Source: Eledone cirrhosa (taxonomy: Eukaryota). From it: a stretch of 64,000 nucleotides of DNA. A model generated the notes under the pieces. It was not told where the DNA came from. It searched no databases and was given only the letters and a program-made list of their open reading frames with translations. The first letter of the stretch is position 1, and the number at the start of each line of letters is the position of its first letter. The stretch lies in assembly GCA_964016885.1 (NCBI GenBank), contig OZ024740.1, positions 272,490,001-272,554,000 of the forward strand, given 5' to 3'. The translations under genes and the position numbers were made by a program. Below are positions 14,640 to 28,416 of this stretch, one piece after another.

Positions 14640-14960
14640 GACAGCGAATTGGCAGAGTCGTTAGAACGTCGGATAGAATGCTTTAAGTTATTCGTTCCGG
14701 CTCTCCGAGTTCAATACCCGCCGAGGTCAACTTTGCCTTTCATCCTTTCGAGGTCGATAAAAAAGTACCAGTCTTGTACTGGGCTCGATTCTTCCTCTAT
14801 ATCTCTTTCTCATTTCTCCTCTCTCACTTTCCATCTTTCTCTGAAAGAAATCTACTGTACTCAGGCCTGGAGAGGCATGGACTCCGCCAGGCTTCAAGTA
14901 GCCAAAAAAACGCCGTATTTCAATACGGTGCCCCTACGACTCTATCAGGTGTTATGGGAC
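14640..14960 (+). mobile_element. SINE family B (same Meta-like core, different 3' tail)
   Basis: TGGCAGAGTCGTTAG A box, GAGTTCAATACC B box, the core, then a CT-rich tail with CCTGGAGAGG. Other copies at ~16004-16280 and ~45941-46210, plus a head at ~49761-49820. Confidence 0.75.
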
Positions 14961-15339
14961 AATACATACACACTTCTTAAACAATCGGCTATGCTGCACC
15001 CACTGATCAAGGGAAATACATATGATAATAGCTGCAAATACGTGAAAGTGTGAAACAATATAGCTTTGGGCTAATTCAATTACAATATTTAATTTTCTTC
15101 GTCGATTCCACCTTTAAATCCAGCTCGAGATAATTTTCTATTTGATTATTTCTGAGTCAATAAAATAAATCAGCAGTAATATATTGTTGTTGAATCTGTC
15201 AATTCCTCAAATATTTAGACGAGTCCATTCATCGAATTTAATCAGGTGTTTCTCCACATCAAATAAACTGTTATACAAAATTACAATGACAGAAATTGGT
15301 CTCCTAAACCCGATCACAACAAAATCTTCTGATGTACAC

Positions 15340-15555
15340 GAGGTGCATCTCGGAACAATGACTAATCTCTCGGAGGCTGAGGTCACAAGAGCAATTAAAG
15401 AACTCAAATGTGACAAAGCCGCTGGGGAGGATGAAATTCGGACCGAGATGTTAAATGCCTTAAAGATATTCTCTGGCTGACACGAGCGTGCCGAGTGGCC
15501 TGGATCTCTGGAAAGGCACCTAAGCAACGGCAGTCGGGGGAGACTCTGCCCCTAC
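15340..15555 (+). mobile_element. RTE-like LINE reverse transcriptase fragment
   Basis: SEAEVTRAIKELKCDKAAGEDEIRTEMLNAL, then frameshifted WLTRACRVAWISGKAPKQ. This is the typical RT N-terminal region. Confidence 0.75.
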
Positions 15556-15583
15556 AACCCTCTCAGTAATAGGTGGGCGAATA

Positions 15584-15935
15584 ATAATTGTTTCTATTTT
15601 GGCACAAGGCCAGCAATTATCCCAGTGCGTTATTGGTACTTTATTTTACTGACCCCGTAAGAATGAAAGGCAAAGTTAACATCGGCGGGATTTGAACTCA
15701 GAACGCAAAGGGCCATAACTCTGTGCTGCAAAGCATGGTGTCTGACGCTTTGCCGATACTGCCAAAACACCGCCCTAATAATAATAATAATTGTTTCTAC
15801 TTTAGGCACAAGGCCAGCAATTTGAAGGGGAAGGGAAATCGATTAAATCGACCCCAGTGCGTTACTGGTACTTTATTTTATCGATCCCGTAAGGATGAAG
15901 GGCAGAGTTAACCCCGGCAGGATTTGAACTCGGAA
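15584..15935 (-). mobile_element. Two tandem SINE A copies
   Basis: 15584-15777 and 15786-15935, separated by (AAT)n. Confidence 0.85.
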
Positions 15936-16003
15936 TAAAAAAGGGGATGTAACTAAATATTACAAAGCATGATTATTTGGGATTCCATATTTTCTGTTAT
16001 AAG

Positions 16004-16280
16004 TCGTAAGAGTGTCGGATAGAATACTTTGTGGAATTCGATTCGGCCCTCTGAGTTCAAATTCCCGCTGAGGACAACTTTGTCATTCATCCTTTCGAGT
16101 TCGATAAAAAACAGTACCAGTCTAGTACTGAGGTTGATTCTTCTGTCTCTTTCTCACTTCCTCACTCTCACTTTCTATCATTCTCTGAACGAAATCTACT
16201 GTGTTCACACCTGGAGAGGGATGGGCTTCGCCAAGCTTAAAATGCCCAAGAAACGCCGTATGTCACTACGGCACTCTTAC
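16004..16280 (+). mobile_element. SINE family B
   Basis: Homologous to 14640-14960. Confidence 0.7.
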
Positions 16281-17232
16281 GACTCCACAAGGAGTTAAGG
16301 GACACCACATTCTTCAATCTGCTGCCCTTCAAAATACCAAAAGTATCGTGGATGGGAAATTGGAGGTGGTTAATATTAAATTGAGAGTTATTTATTTTTT
16401 TGCGAGCAAAAGACTGATTTTATTAAATTTGGCTCCCTCTTTTTTAAACGATTCATTTAAAATGAAAATACAATTAGTAAAAAAATTATCAGTTAACATT
16501 GACGGACATATCTGTCAGTATATGAACTAAAATATGTATACATATATGTATACATCAAAGTAACATTATATTTTTACTTTGCTATAACGCTTTCGGGTTA
16601 GCTCAATCAATACACGTCCCAAAGAAAATATTTTAAATAAATTCTATTTTCATACAGGTCTCAAGAGATAGTCAATATTTAGTTTATTAAGCAATATACT
16701 TCTTTCAATTTGCAAAGTTGACTGTGTATTTAATAATATCCAAAGGTCTGCGTTGCTGTTACAATCGTGGTTTGCTACGATGTTCCAAATTATATATCAC
16801 TTATTGGACAGAAGATATTTGGCGTCAATAACATATGTATATTGTTATATCAACACAGTGTAATATTTATTGGTTTATTTAGTGAGCGCTATAAAGTTAT
16901 AGGTAAATCCGAAAAGCTCCAGGCAAAAATAATCCTGGTCACGGCATCAATTCTTGTATCGTATTATTGCGATACCACAGAGAGAAGCATGGGTGGTACA
17001 ATAATCTTATTACTAATTCCTTGAAATATAGGTTATTTGTGCTTTGTAAAAAGGTCTCAATATTTATCGAATTGCAAGGGCTGTAAATTGGTAGAATCGA
17101 TAAAGGATCATTCACATACTGGAGTAATATCATTGGACTATGACCTCCTTCAAATATGTTGGTCTTGTGCATAAGTTAGACTATTCCCGACATTACCTAC
17201 TTGAATGATATTTTCTGTGAATATTACATATA

Positions 17233-17430
17233 CGAAGATCAGCTGAAAAGGTCATAGGCTCACTATGAAGAAGTGATGCTTGAGCTGTGAAATCTTGCAT
17301 GCATTAATTTCAGTTTTTCTTATTAATAACTACTTTGTTTCTTTAAGGGACTATTTTGAAAAAATAAACATCATTTGCTCATGCCATGAGAGTATCTTGG
17401 TCAGCATATGAACTTTTTAGCCGATCCTCG
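17233..17430. mobile_element. Tc1/mariner-type MITE
   Basis: Imperfect ~30-bp TIRs CGAAGATCAGCTGAAAAGGTCATAGGCT / AGCATATGAACTTTTTAGCCGATCCTCG, flanked by TA. Confidence 0.75.
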
Positions 17431-18064
17431 TATAATATGGCAAGACGAAATTACGTTGCAGATTCAGATCCCAATTAAAACCACTTCAGAATGTAGATTG
17501 ACACAATTGCCTGCGAAGATATATTTTTCAGTGTTTAGTTATGGCCTTCTGTCCTCTGTTTTCAAATACAAAAAGATATAAAGACAGGGAAGACTTCTCT
17601 TTCTTTTTCAATTTTGTTGTTTGGTTCTACTTTCAGGCCAGCAATTATCCCAGTGCATTACTTCTTTATATTGGGTCATCAAGTATGAAATTTGTAGAAA
17701 TTTATAGAAAAAAAACCCCCAAATTTCTACAAATTTCATACTTGATGATCCAATAATAATAATTTTCATACAGTATTTGTTTTCGGTAAGAGTTTCTGAA
17801 AATGAAAAATTTAGACTGTTTCAATGCCATCAATCAGTAATTTTAGACATATGTATATATTCAAATACTGCGATGTTGTTGGTGCATGCATTGCATTGTA
17901 CGGAGTAATGGAAATATTACTTATACAAGAATCAAGATTTTAATTTAAAATACAGATGAACTGTTACGCTCGAATCTTCTATTATGTCATATTTAAATAA
18001 CACACTGATACACACAACTGCATAACCACAAATAACTGCACAAACACGCGCACACACACACACA

Positions 18065-18135
<71 letters not shown>

Positions 18136-19733
18136 CAGAAACTCAATGCTTTACCTCCGAGGTATATACATTTAGTTGGCTTCAAGATTCACTTTTCAAT
18201 TTATTTTCTTACATTTCTATGTCTGTTGCATAGATTTGGAAGTTGATAGATTTGTAATGTCACCATTCCCCTTGTTTCGCATTCTATCATTACGTAAAAG
18301 ATCGAGACATATTTTGATTTGAACTTTGAGAACACCCCCCCCCCCCCCCCCCCACACACACACACTTCTTCTGTAGCATTGATTGCAGTTGGACAAAATG
18401 AGATCGTTAACATCAGTACCAAACTTAGAAAATATACCCCAGATATGACTGAAGACAGTTTTCCAATATGGTGGCAATCCTTGACTCAAAGCAGGAAAAA
18501 AATAATATATACGGAAAAGCTATATAATGAAAACTGTAACTAAACTCTTTTCTATATTTCTCTGTATCAATTTTAAGTCATTGCGTCCGTTCAAATTTAA
18601 ATCAAGAGCGGTAAAGCCCGCCATTTTAAATGCTTCGCAACATTCACTTATGTTGTAATTGCAATAGAAACCCTGTTCGGAACTGTATTTCATCCTACCA
18701 AGGATGAAATCCATTTAACCCGAACCCAGCCCGATCCAAACCCACATATGGTTAAAAATATTCCAGCCATGACTAACCTGTATTTTGCAGGCATGGTGTA
18801 TCTATGACTTCATTATCTTTTCTGAAAACGTGCAATGTAATTTGAGGTATATTTTATTGCTATTTCTTATACGCCAACGTTGTAGTAAGTAGGGTGATAT
18901 TAATTAAATTGATTATCAAATCTAGAGACGTCAATATATATATATTTTATGTGTAAATCTTAGTAAACGACTTAACGATGGAGTCCTAAGTGATCAATTG
19001 ATTCGGTAGAAATAGATGGAAAGTCTACCCAACTCACCTTAGATCAGAATTCTCATACGAGTCTTCAAAACATGCAAAATTCATAATTATAATTAACGAA
19101 TAATCTTTAGCCTAAAACAATGAAATGATCTTAGATGAAGTCTTTCGATCAGGTTTTTCCGCGTGATACGATTAAATAACCGCAACAATAACCACATGGC
19201 TATGTTTATTTATTTACGCATATACATTAGTAATCATTGTCAGACACGTTGATCATGCACCCTTACAGAAATGTATTTGTACTCAGGTATATAATTGCTT
19301 AAGACGATGACATAACTGAATCTTTAGAGATTTGCATAAAATGAATCGTGGTATTTGATCTAGTCCGATTCAAGCTGAGATAAAAATTCATCGAAGTCAA
19401 CTTTGTGCTTTCTATGTAAAGGGTTGATAAATAAAGTACCAGTCGGTACTAGGGTCGGTTATTTCTTGTCTTTGTCTGTCTGTGTCTCTCCTGAGAATTA
19501 GTTACGTTGCACTGTGGAAAATATCACGAGAGATCCTTCACAGCAAACCATTCTCTACTAATAGGAATAGTTTAGCAGCGAAGAGTGAGAAATCTACTCT
19601 TATAGAAATACTGATAGTCTACGAAATTAGCCAAAATGCCGTCTGATTTGCAACAAATCACGGAAGAGTATAGTAACATACTTATTTATAGAAAAGAAAT
19701 AAGATTTCGCTTCAAGCATAGCTTTATACAATA

Positions 19734-20140
19734 CTAGCAGATTTACCCGGCGTTGCTCGGGGTTTGAAATTATGTTAAGAATATATAGCTAGGAAGTAAA
19801 AGAAGAACATTATTTGTCCCCAACTTGTAAAAATAAGCAGAAGTTTCAATAATTAATGCAAATGTATATATTTGGTGAAAAGGTTATCTCCCTTTTTTAT
19901 AAGGATTGTCAATAAAGTTTGTTATCTTCCTTACATCAATTTTTCTACCGATAATTTTGATATCGATTTTTTATTGCTCAACGTGGGTCGATTTGAAAAA
20001 TGTCTCTGATGTGACAATCTTAGCGACATGTGCAACGTGCACAGAAAATCTGGTCAAATTCAGTTGGTAATTGTGAAAGCCTTATGCATGCAAAGTTGTA
20101 CACAGACACACACACATCCTCGCTTTTATATATATAAAGA
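19734..20140 (-). mobile_element. Non-autonomous Helitron
   Basis: The reverse complement starts A|TCTTTATATATATAAAAG and ends with the hairpin CCCGAGCAACGCCGGG, an 8-nt spacer and CTAG|T. Confidence 0.8.
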
Positions 20141-20314
20141 TGTATAGAAATGTCGTATTTCTAAAGAAATAGGGTTTTAGGAAGCCGTAGCTATGCTAAC
20201 ACCGGGGCTAACGCCATGTGGTGGTATCCAGCAGAAGCAAGGGGGACAACCGTCTAAGCATTTCAGGCTTGACTGGCCTTCTAATATGAGTTGAGCCAAC
20301 TTATGCAGCTTCAT

Positions 20315-20363
20315 ATGCAAATGAGATTAATCACCTCATTTACACAGACGAGAAAACTATATA
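20315..20363 (+). promoter_or_regulatory. Putative snRNA/U6-type promoter (octamer 20315, PSE-like TCACC 20331, TATATA 20358)
   Basis: Motif order and spacing are shared with 48105-48150 and 63284-63331. Confidence 0.45.
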
Positions 20364-20407
20364 TTCTCGACTGTTTTCAAGTCCAGCAGTAGCAAGCGGT
20401 GGAAGGG

Positions 20408-20451
20408 ACCGTCCTGACGAAGGCCAGTCAAGCCTGAAATGCATAGACGGT
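20408..20451 (+). ncRNA. Type I hammerhead ribozyme
   Basis: ACCGTC-CTGACGA-AGGCcagtcaaGCCT-GAAAT-GC-ATA|GACGGT, with palindromic stem III ATGCAT. Helix I extends as TCCAGCAGTAGCAAG/CTTGCTTCTGCTGGA. Confidence 0.8.
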
Positions 20452-20832
20452 TGTCCCCCTTGCTTCTGCTGGATACCACCAGAGGGCGTTAGCCTCGGTG
20501 TTTGCATAGCAACGGCTTCCTAAAACCGTATTTCTTTAGTAATATTTATTTATATTTTAATAAAAAAAAATCTTCAACTACTACCATCGCTGGGCTTAAT
20601 TTTACTACGAATCTAAATATATATGGCTGTGAGTGTATATATTTACTCATTAAAATATAGGATGTTAATAAAAAAAAAACCTATGCATAGTGTATGTATG
20701 GGCGTGTAACTCCTGGTGGGGACGGAAGGACTCTTTAGTGCATACGGCGCTTCTTAAGCATATTATTAAAGACTGGTAGAGACCATCCCCTCTCCGCGTA
20801 TGGACACAGCCGATTTCTTCCACAGAGAGAGT

Positions 20833-20870
<38 letters not shown>

Positions 20871-21008
20871 TAGGAGAGGAGATAAGAGAGGAGAGAGTGG
20901 TGAATTAGTTAGAAGCCAAAGCGTAAAGGCGTGTGCTCAATGTACAATATGCAGTAGAAAGCAGCTAGGTGGCTGGGTTCATGCAGAAGTTAGGAGCGCA
21001 GAGCTGGA

Positions 21009-21564
21009 AATATTCATTAGTTAAGCAAAAGACCACAAATTTCACAAGGAAGACATTATTAAAAGATTGTCAACATATTTTAGGTTGATGTAAGGAATGT
21101 AGAGAATAATAATAATAATATTAATAATAATAATGTCCGTTTACAATTGTTTCGCTACTCCATATAATATTTCTGGATAAATGACTATATATCATTATTG
21201 ATCTGGTTCAGTTGAAAATAATTAACATATTTAAAAACAATTGTAAACGGACATTATTATTATTATTGGCAGTATCGTTAGAGGGTTGGACGCCATGCTT
21301 TCTAGCATAGTTACGTCCCTTTACAGTCTGAGTTCAAATCCCGCCGAGGTTAAATCTGCCTTTCATCCTTACGGAGTCGATAAAATAAAGTACCAGTAAT
21401 GCACTGGGTAATTGCTGGCCTTGTGCCTAAAGTAGAAACAATTATTATTATTATTAATATTATTATTATTATTCTCTACATTCCTTACATCAAACTAAAA
21501 TATGTTGACAATCTTTTAATAATGTCTTCCTTGTGAAATTTGTGGTCTTGTTTTGCTTAACTAA

Positions 21565-21571
<7 letters not shown>
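21009..21571. mobile_element. Fold-back element with ~143-bp arms; right arm split by a SINE
   Basis: Left arm 21009-21151 pairs with 21235-21267 plus 21442-21571. Confidence 0.75.
21267..21445 (+). mobile_element. SINE family A inserted in (ATT)n
   Basis: A box, B box and core present; flanked by (ATT)n. Confidence 0.85.
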
Positions 21572-21632
<61 letters not shown>

Positions 21633-21999
21633 CATGGTATTCGTGTTGATAAATATACAAATATTATCACTGTTGTTGTTGATATTCATCTCGCGGACAT
21701 CTCTATTAGAGTCTCCATTCTAGTGCACACCCCGTCGGTTGTTAACATTGACATTGTTTATTCCTGATGTTCATCTTATTGATGACATTGTAGGTGCTGT
21801 AATTTAGTCCCAAACCACCCATGAATTGTCGAAGAGATTCCAGCTGTATTCAGCCTATTCCTTTCTCGAGTACTGTGTAACCCGGGCAACGATATCCATT
21901 GTATAATGTTTTTAAAGACAGTAACATGTGATTCAAGTAACTTTTGGCTGAAAATTTTGGGTACTCTAGCGACAACGTATAATACTTTTAGTTAATGCG

Positions 22000-22510
22000 G
22001 GTACTCTAGCTTAGTTTATAGGGCTGTCCCGGATCACCTAGCTCTATCAGGCCATTTAGTTGTTCAAAGCCATCTTAGTGTCACTTAGTGTGCCCGTTCT
22101 TTAGCAGTCAAAGGTTACCCGATTGTCATAGGCTACCTCAATGTATCAATCAATCTAGCAGTTAAATTTCTCCACCTTGTCCCACACCACACAACAGTCT
22201 TAGTCAATTTAGCTGCTACAGTTTATCTCGCTGATCAATAAACTATCTGAAGACACTCAGCTATCTCAGTACTTCTAGCTGTTTCCGTACACCTAGCTTT
22301 CTCCGTGCATTTGCTGCCCAGATTATCAGTCTCAGATCATCAGACAGGTCAAGATCACTTAGTAGTGCAAGTGCACCTACGCCGTACCACATTACTTAAC
22401 AGATCCAGATCACCTAGCAGTCCAAATCATATTGCTGACTCAGGCCACCTAGCTGTATTTCACAGCATAGCTGTCTCAGAACATCTTGCTGTCCTATTCC
22501 ACCTAGTATT
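22000..22510. repeat. Highly degenerate ~18-bp tandem repeat (..CACCTAGCTGT..)
   Basis: Recurring CACCTAGC, CATTTAGT, CACTTAGT and CATCTTGC at roughly 18-nt spacing. Confidence 0.55.
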
Positions 22511-23861
22511 AAATCATGTCAAGAGATATAAGACAAACTCCTCTTACTTTAAGCAGCTGGAGTAATGAACTAATGTAAATTAATGAATGACTCATAGTAA
22601 CTTGAGGCACAGATTTCAGGATTCTAACATTGGTTTAGTGTGCCACGTGGCCTAGTGATTTAGTTAATTGACTCACGATCGTAAAGTGATGCCTGGACGT
22701 GGCAACGAGTTGAGCGTCCCACTTCATTTCATATTGTTTCATTCCACACAGCTGCCAAGAAAAAGCGAAAAAACAACACACACCAAAAAAAAAAAACAAC
22801 AAAATAAAACAAAAAATGAGTACCAGCAGTGTGCTGGTAATTCGCCCTGCAACATTATCATGTACTCTCAGTCGTTTAATAGGAATTAAACCAGGATAAA
22901 CACGAGGTCTGATGGTCCTTGTACTTCAGGACAGACAGTACGTTAACTTAACTTTAACAATAGTGTTTGGATCTAGGCCAAACAAACACCCTTCTCCTCT
23001 TACAAAAAGATCCACAATTCTGTAGAATACAACAGAAAGAAGTTCAATCACAAAAAAACAAAAAAAAAACGAACTTGATGGCGAACTGTTTCACAAACCT
23101 AACACCCTGTTTACTTAAAGAACGAATCAGATTCGATATAAAGCATTAGAGTGAAGATTTATTTTAATAGAAAAGAAGAGCAGAAATTTGAAACACTAGG
23201 AGTTTATTGTCTGTCAATTCAATAGGTGACAACTAATAATACTAAATAATATTACTAGTCTAGTCTAATCGGCGTCGAGATGTGTCACGTTTTATCTCAT
23301 GTGTTAAGTGGTTGCTATTTCAGACATTAGCAGCATCTAGTGGCTGTATGTATGTATGTATGTATGTATGTATGTATGTATGTATGTATGTATGTATGTA
23401 TGTATGTATGTCTGTATGTATGTATGTATGTATGTATGTATGTATGTCTGTATGTATGTATGTATGTATGTATGTATGTATGTATGTATGTCTGTATGTA
23501 TGTATGTATGTATGTATGTATGTATGTATGTATGTATGTATGTATGTATACAAGCATGCATGCATACATACATGTATGTATGTATGCATGTATATATATA
23601 TATATGTGTATGTATATATACATATACATACACATATATATATATGTGTGTGTATATATATATATATATGTGTGTACATATGTGTGTGTACATATGTGTA
23701 TGAATTTGTGTATACATATTTGTTTTTACACTTGTATGTATGTATGTATGTATATATCTATCTATATTTATATATAGATATGTGTGTGTATGCATGTGAA
23801 CATGTGTATATACAGACATGTGTATGCACGTATACACAATCTCACCCATACAAATACAGAA

Positions 23862-23918
<57 letters not shown>

Positions 23919-23997
23919 CACACATATATACACACATATATATATACATACACACACACACATATATATATATACAAACACATATTTACTTCATTAT

Positions 23998-24029
<32 letters not shown>

Positions 24030-24033
24030 TATA

Positions 24034-24141
<108 letters not shown>

Positions 24142-25554
24142 CGTATGTGTTTGTGTGCATACGTGTTTTGATTCAACATGTTTTGAAGTGAAACGGAAAC
24201 TATAAGTCTGGAGTCCATATCCAAAACGAATTCAAACTCTGTACTAAAACTAATAATTATAACTTTCACCTATTAGCATCAATAAGTTATAAAACTCTAA
24301 GATTTTACTATGTTGAACAACGTCGTCGTCTGTTTGACTAAAACAACAAATAGAAAACTCTACACGAAAGAGGGAAAGGAAGAGAGAGAGAGGAAGAGGT
24401 AGAGGTAGAGGTAGAGGATGAGAGAGAAGAAGAGAGAGAAGGTGAGGTGGAAGGAGAGGTAGAGATAGAGGGAGAAAGATAAGTAGAGGTAGAGAGCAGA
24501 CGGACAATTAAGAAAATGATATCACTATATTCTATAAAACTTGAAGCTGGACACATTTGTGAGGCGAAATGAGACGTTGAAGTAGTAACTGGATTATATG
24601 TACCACAGTATTTAGTTTGATTTATTCTCGGTTGTGAGTTCAAAATATTCAAAATTGCAAGTGTGTTGTTGTGTAACTCCTCAGATCTCTCAGCTGAAGG
24701 CTATAGTCTTCAGCTGCCGACTCAGAGATCCTAAACTCTGGATACGAAATAATTCTTTGTCTATTTACTGACAACCACGCTTCATATTGTGATATGCAGA
24801 GTTTATGTGGTCGGTACAATGTGACTGTTTGGACCTGTTGTATTTTCTTCTCTCATCTGAGGTTGGGCATTTTAATTCCCACACATTCTTAAGTTAACAA
24901 TCTGCTTACTATTGCTGCTAACAACACGTAAATAAGAACGTTATTGCTCAAATCAGCCCACAAGCACTTAGCAAACGCCCTAAACCGAACCCCAATCCGA
25001 ACTCCTGCCAAACCAAACCGTACTCACCCTCCAAATTCGGCAATCAAACACGGATCATCCACCTTCCCTAACTCAGCATACGTAACAGGACTGTAACAGC
25101 CAACATATGAGGAAGACAGACATTATCAAACTGCAGCTGCCATATCACGTAGTTTCCATATAATAAAACCAAAGCTATTATTATCTGCAACGACTACGAA
25201 CCTATTACATAATAGGCCATGCTTCACCTCCACCCGTCGTATCTCTAGACAGGCAGCATGCATACATATAGACAAATCACGCCAGGTCATCATCAGATGC
25301 ATTACCCACAAATCATCCCATGAGATTTTATATAATCTTGTTGTCTTCAGCTGAAGAAATACACAATAGACGTAAATCTAATCAATGTATTCTAGCACTT
25401 CTTCTCTACACGTGAATAATACACAAATAAAAACTTTAAAGTAACTATGGATGTTAGGATTCACAAATCTCCAGTGATGCCGCATGATGACGTTACATAT
25501 ATAACTCAAACATTCTAACCACATCTCTATAGTATCAGAACTGTAATCTCTCAA

Positions 25555-25850
25555 TTCAGAGAAGTAGCGGCTCTACCTGGAGTGACGCTCTGATCCCAGA
25601 GCTACGTACTTTATAGAGTAACTTTACTCTAAACACTCTTCAGAGGAATCCTATTTTGGGCGTTTGTGTTCGTGAGATCGTATTCTTTCGGACATTACCC
25701 AAGATTCATGACCATAGGTAAGGATTGGCACGAATACCGAATTGAAGATAGCGAGTTTGGCTTTTATACCTACCTCCCTTCTCCTGATTACCGAATGGTG
25801 AAGCTGGCACATTACTGCATCAGCCACTTCCTCGCGAAGATGTGGAGCAT
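25555..25850 (-). mobile_element. RTE-like LINE fragment (RT C-terminal region)
   Basis: AVMCQLHHSVIRRREVGIKAKLAIFNSVFVPILTYGHESWVMSERIRS. Confidence 0.8.
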
Positions 25851-26282
25851 GGGAGACATATGATAGCACTGTTCTCCCGTCACTCACTTTCCAATGGAGT
25901 ACCCTCAGATTCTGAAAGTAGAATATATATCTAAAAAAAAGAAGACACCATGAAATAAGCTTCAATATGTTCTGATGCCTTCCCACAGAGCATCAGATCC
26001 TAACGATTGGCCTTGTATGGTAGAAACATCTTTTCAATTGTATACTCAGATTCTGACAAATAGAGTATAAAAAGGCCCTTATGAAATACGTTTCGAAAAA
26101 GAGCCCACCCAAAATGTTCTGATGCCTCCATCCCACCGAGCATCAAAGCTTGGCAACGGGCCAGTATGGCAGAAGAGACTTGCCGAAGTGCGGCTCTGTG
26201 GAATCGAACCCGAGATTTAATAACTTCAAAGGGAAATTATAAAAACTTTCCGCCATATTCTGATCAGCAACAACTTCAGTGA

Positions 26283-26640
26283 AGATCCCCCCATCTCCAC
26301 AAACAACAACTCCTACCAAGACCACAACCCCCCCATCTCTACAAATAACAACAACAACTCCTACCAAAACCACAATCACCCATCTCCACAAACAACAACT
26401 CCCATCAACACCACAACCCCTATCTCCACAAACAACAGCTTCCACCAAGACCACAACCCCCCTATCTCCACAAACAAGTCCCACAAAAAACCGCAACCCC
26501 CTATCTCCACAAATAACAACCCCCACCAAAACCGCAATCCCCTATCTCCACAAACACAAACAGCCCCCATCAAGACCACAACCCCCTATCTCTACAACCA
26601 ACAAATTCCATCAAGACTACACACTCTATTTCCACAAACA
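26283..26640. repeat. ~35-40 bp minisatellite (CCCCTATCTCCACAAACAAC...)
   Basis: About 9 imperfect units. Confidence 0.8.
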
Positions 26641-26744
26641 CATACAACAATCGACAGTCGAGCAACTTTCGTCAAATCGGACCGATGAAACAATTTTTCC
26701 ATTGGTCTTTCCAATTGCTAATCCTATCTATTGGTCGCAACTCC

Positions 26745-26867
26745 AGGTAGAAGGAGCAACGTGAAATAAAATATCTTTCTCAAGGACATAACACATCGCC
26801 CGGACCAGGAATCGAACTCACAACCGCACGATTGCGAATCCAATTCTCTAACCACTCAGCCACACGC
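26745..26867 (-). mobile_element. Other tRNA-derived SINE head
   Basis: Reverse complement TGGCTGAGTGG A box and GAGTTCGATTCC B box, followed by GTGTTATGTCCTTGAG. Similar pieces at ~22645-22750 and ~46485-46600. Confidence 0.6.
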
Positions 26868-26966
26868 TTTCACATACAACAATCACAACTTACAAAACCA
26901 CCATTTTGTCAATTCGATTCATTTGTTGTTGATGATATCATATTATTTGTTACATCTGATATTATG

Positions 26967-27157
26967 AGCGGTGGATTGGCAGTATCGGTAGAGAGTCGGA
27001 CGCCATGCTTTGCAGCAAAGAGTTACGGCCCTTTATGATCTGAGTTCAAATCCCGCCGAGGTTAACTTTGCCTTTCATCCTTACGGGGTCGATAAGATAA
27101 AGTACCAGTAATAACCTGTGATATTTGCTGGCCTTGTGCCAAAAGTAGAGACAATTA
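26967..27157 (+). mobile_element. SINE family A
   Basis: Full head, core and tail, flanked by the duplicated ATTATTTGTTACATCTGATATTAT (26942-26965 / 27154-27177). Confidence 0.85.
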
Positions 27158-27295
27158 TTTGTTACATCTGATATTATTGTTGTTGTTGTTATTGTTGTTA
27201 TTGTTGTTGTTGACTGTTGCTGTGAGCTATAGTATTGTTTATGTTGGTGACAAAGATGATGAAGATGAATAAATAGGATGATAGGGATTATGTTT

Positions 27296-28330
27296 ATGGT
27301 GATAATGATGATGATGGTGACGATGATAATATAGTGATAGTGGTATGGTGATAATGATGATGATGATGGTGACGATGATAATATAGTGATAGTGGTATGG
27401 TGATAATGATGATGATGGTGACGATGATAATATAGCGATAGTGGTATGGTGATAATGATGATGATGATGACGATGATAATATAGTGATAGTGGTATGGTG
27501 ATAATGATGATGATGGTGACGATGATAATATAGCGATAGTGGTATGGTGATAATGATGATGATGGTGACGATGATAATATAGCGATAGTGGTATGGTGAT
27601 AATGATGATGATGATGGTGACGATGATAATATAGCGATAGTGGTATGGTGATGATGATGATGATGGTGACGATGATAATATAGTGATAGTGGTATGGTGA
27701 TGATGATGATGACGATGATAATATAGTGATAGTGGTATGGTGATAATGATGATGATGGTGACGATGATAATATAGTGATAGTGGTATGATGATGATGATG
27801 GTGACGATGATAATATAGTGATAGTGGTATGGTGATGATGATGATGACGATGATAATATAGTGATAGTGGTATGGTGATAATGATGATGATGATGATGAC
27901 GATGATAATATAGTGATAGTGGTATGGTGATAATGATGATGATGGTGACGATGATAATATAGTGATAGTGGTATGATGATGATGATGATGATGGTGACGA
28001 TGATAATATAGTGATAGTGGTATGTTGATGATGATGATGATGATGACGATGATAATATAGTGATAGTGGTATGATGATGATGATGGTGACGATGATAATA
28101 TAGTGATAGTGGTATGATGATGATGATGGTGACGATGATAATATAGTGATAGTGGTATGATGATGATGATGATGATGGTGACGATGATAATATAGTGATA
28201 GTGGTATGATGCTGATGATGATGATGGTGACGATGATAATATAGTGATAGTGGTATGTTGATGATGATGATGATGATGACGATGATAATATAGTGATAGT
28301 GGTATGATGATGATGATGATGGTGATGGTG
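27296..28330. repeat. ~40-48 bp minisatellite (GAT)n-GGTGACGATGATAATATAGTGATAGTGGTAT
   Basis: More than 20 units, varying in the (GAT)n count. Confidence 0.9.
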
Positions 28331-28378
28331 TGAATTAAAATAATATAGATGGCGTTACTGATGACGGTGTTGATCATG

Positions 28379-28416
<38 letters not shown>

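Larger units (their letters stand above)
20161..20539 (+). mobile_element. Fold-back HHR element
   Basis: 121-bp inverted arms at 20161-20281 and 20419-20539 around a 137-bp spacer that carries promoter-like motifs. Confidence 0.8.

Noticed and set aside
16860-17200. Minus-strand IDAVTRIIF resembling a Cys-loop receptor M4 segment
   Set aside because: Surrounded by stops in all frames, and the match is too short.
26143-26764. PT-rich 161-aa ORF
   Set aside because: A minisatellite with unit lengths not constrained to multiples of three.
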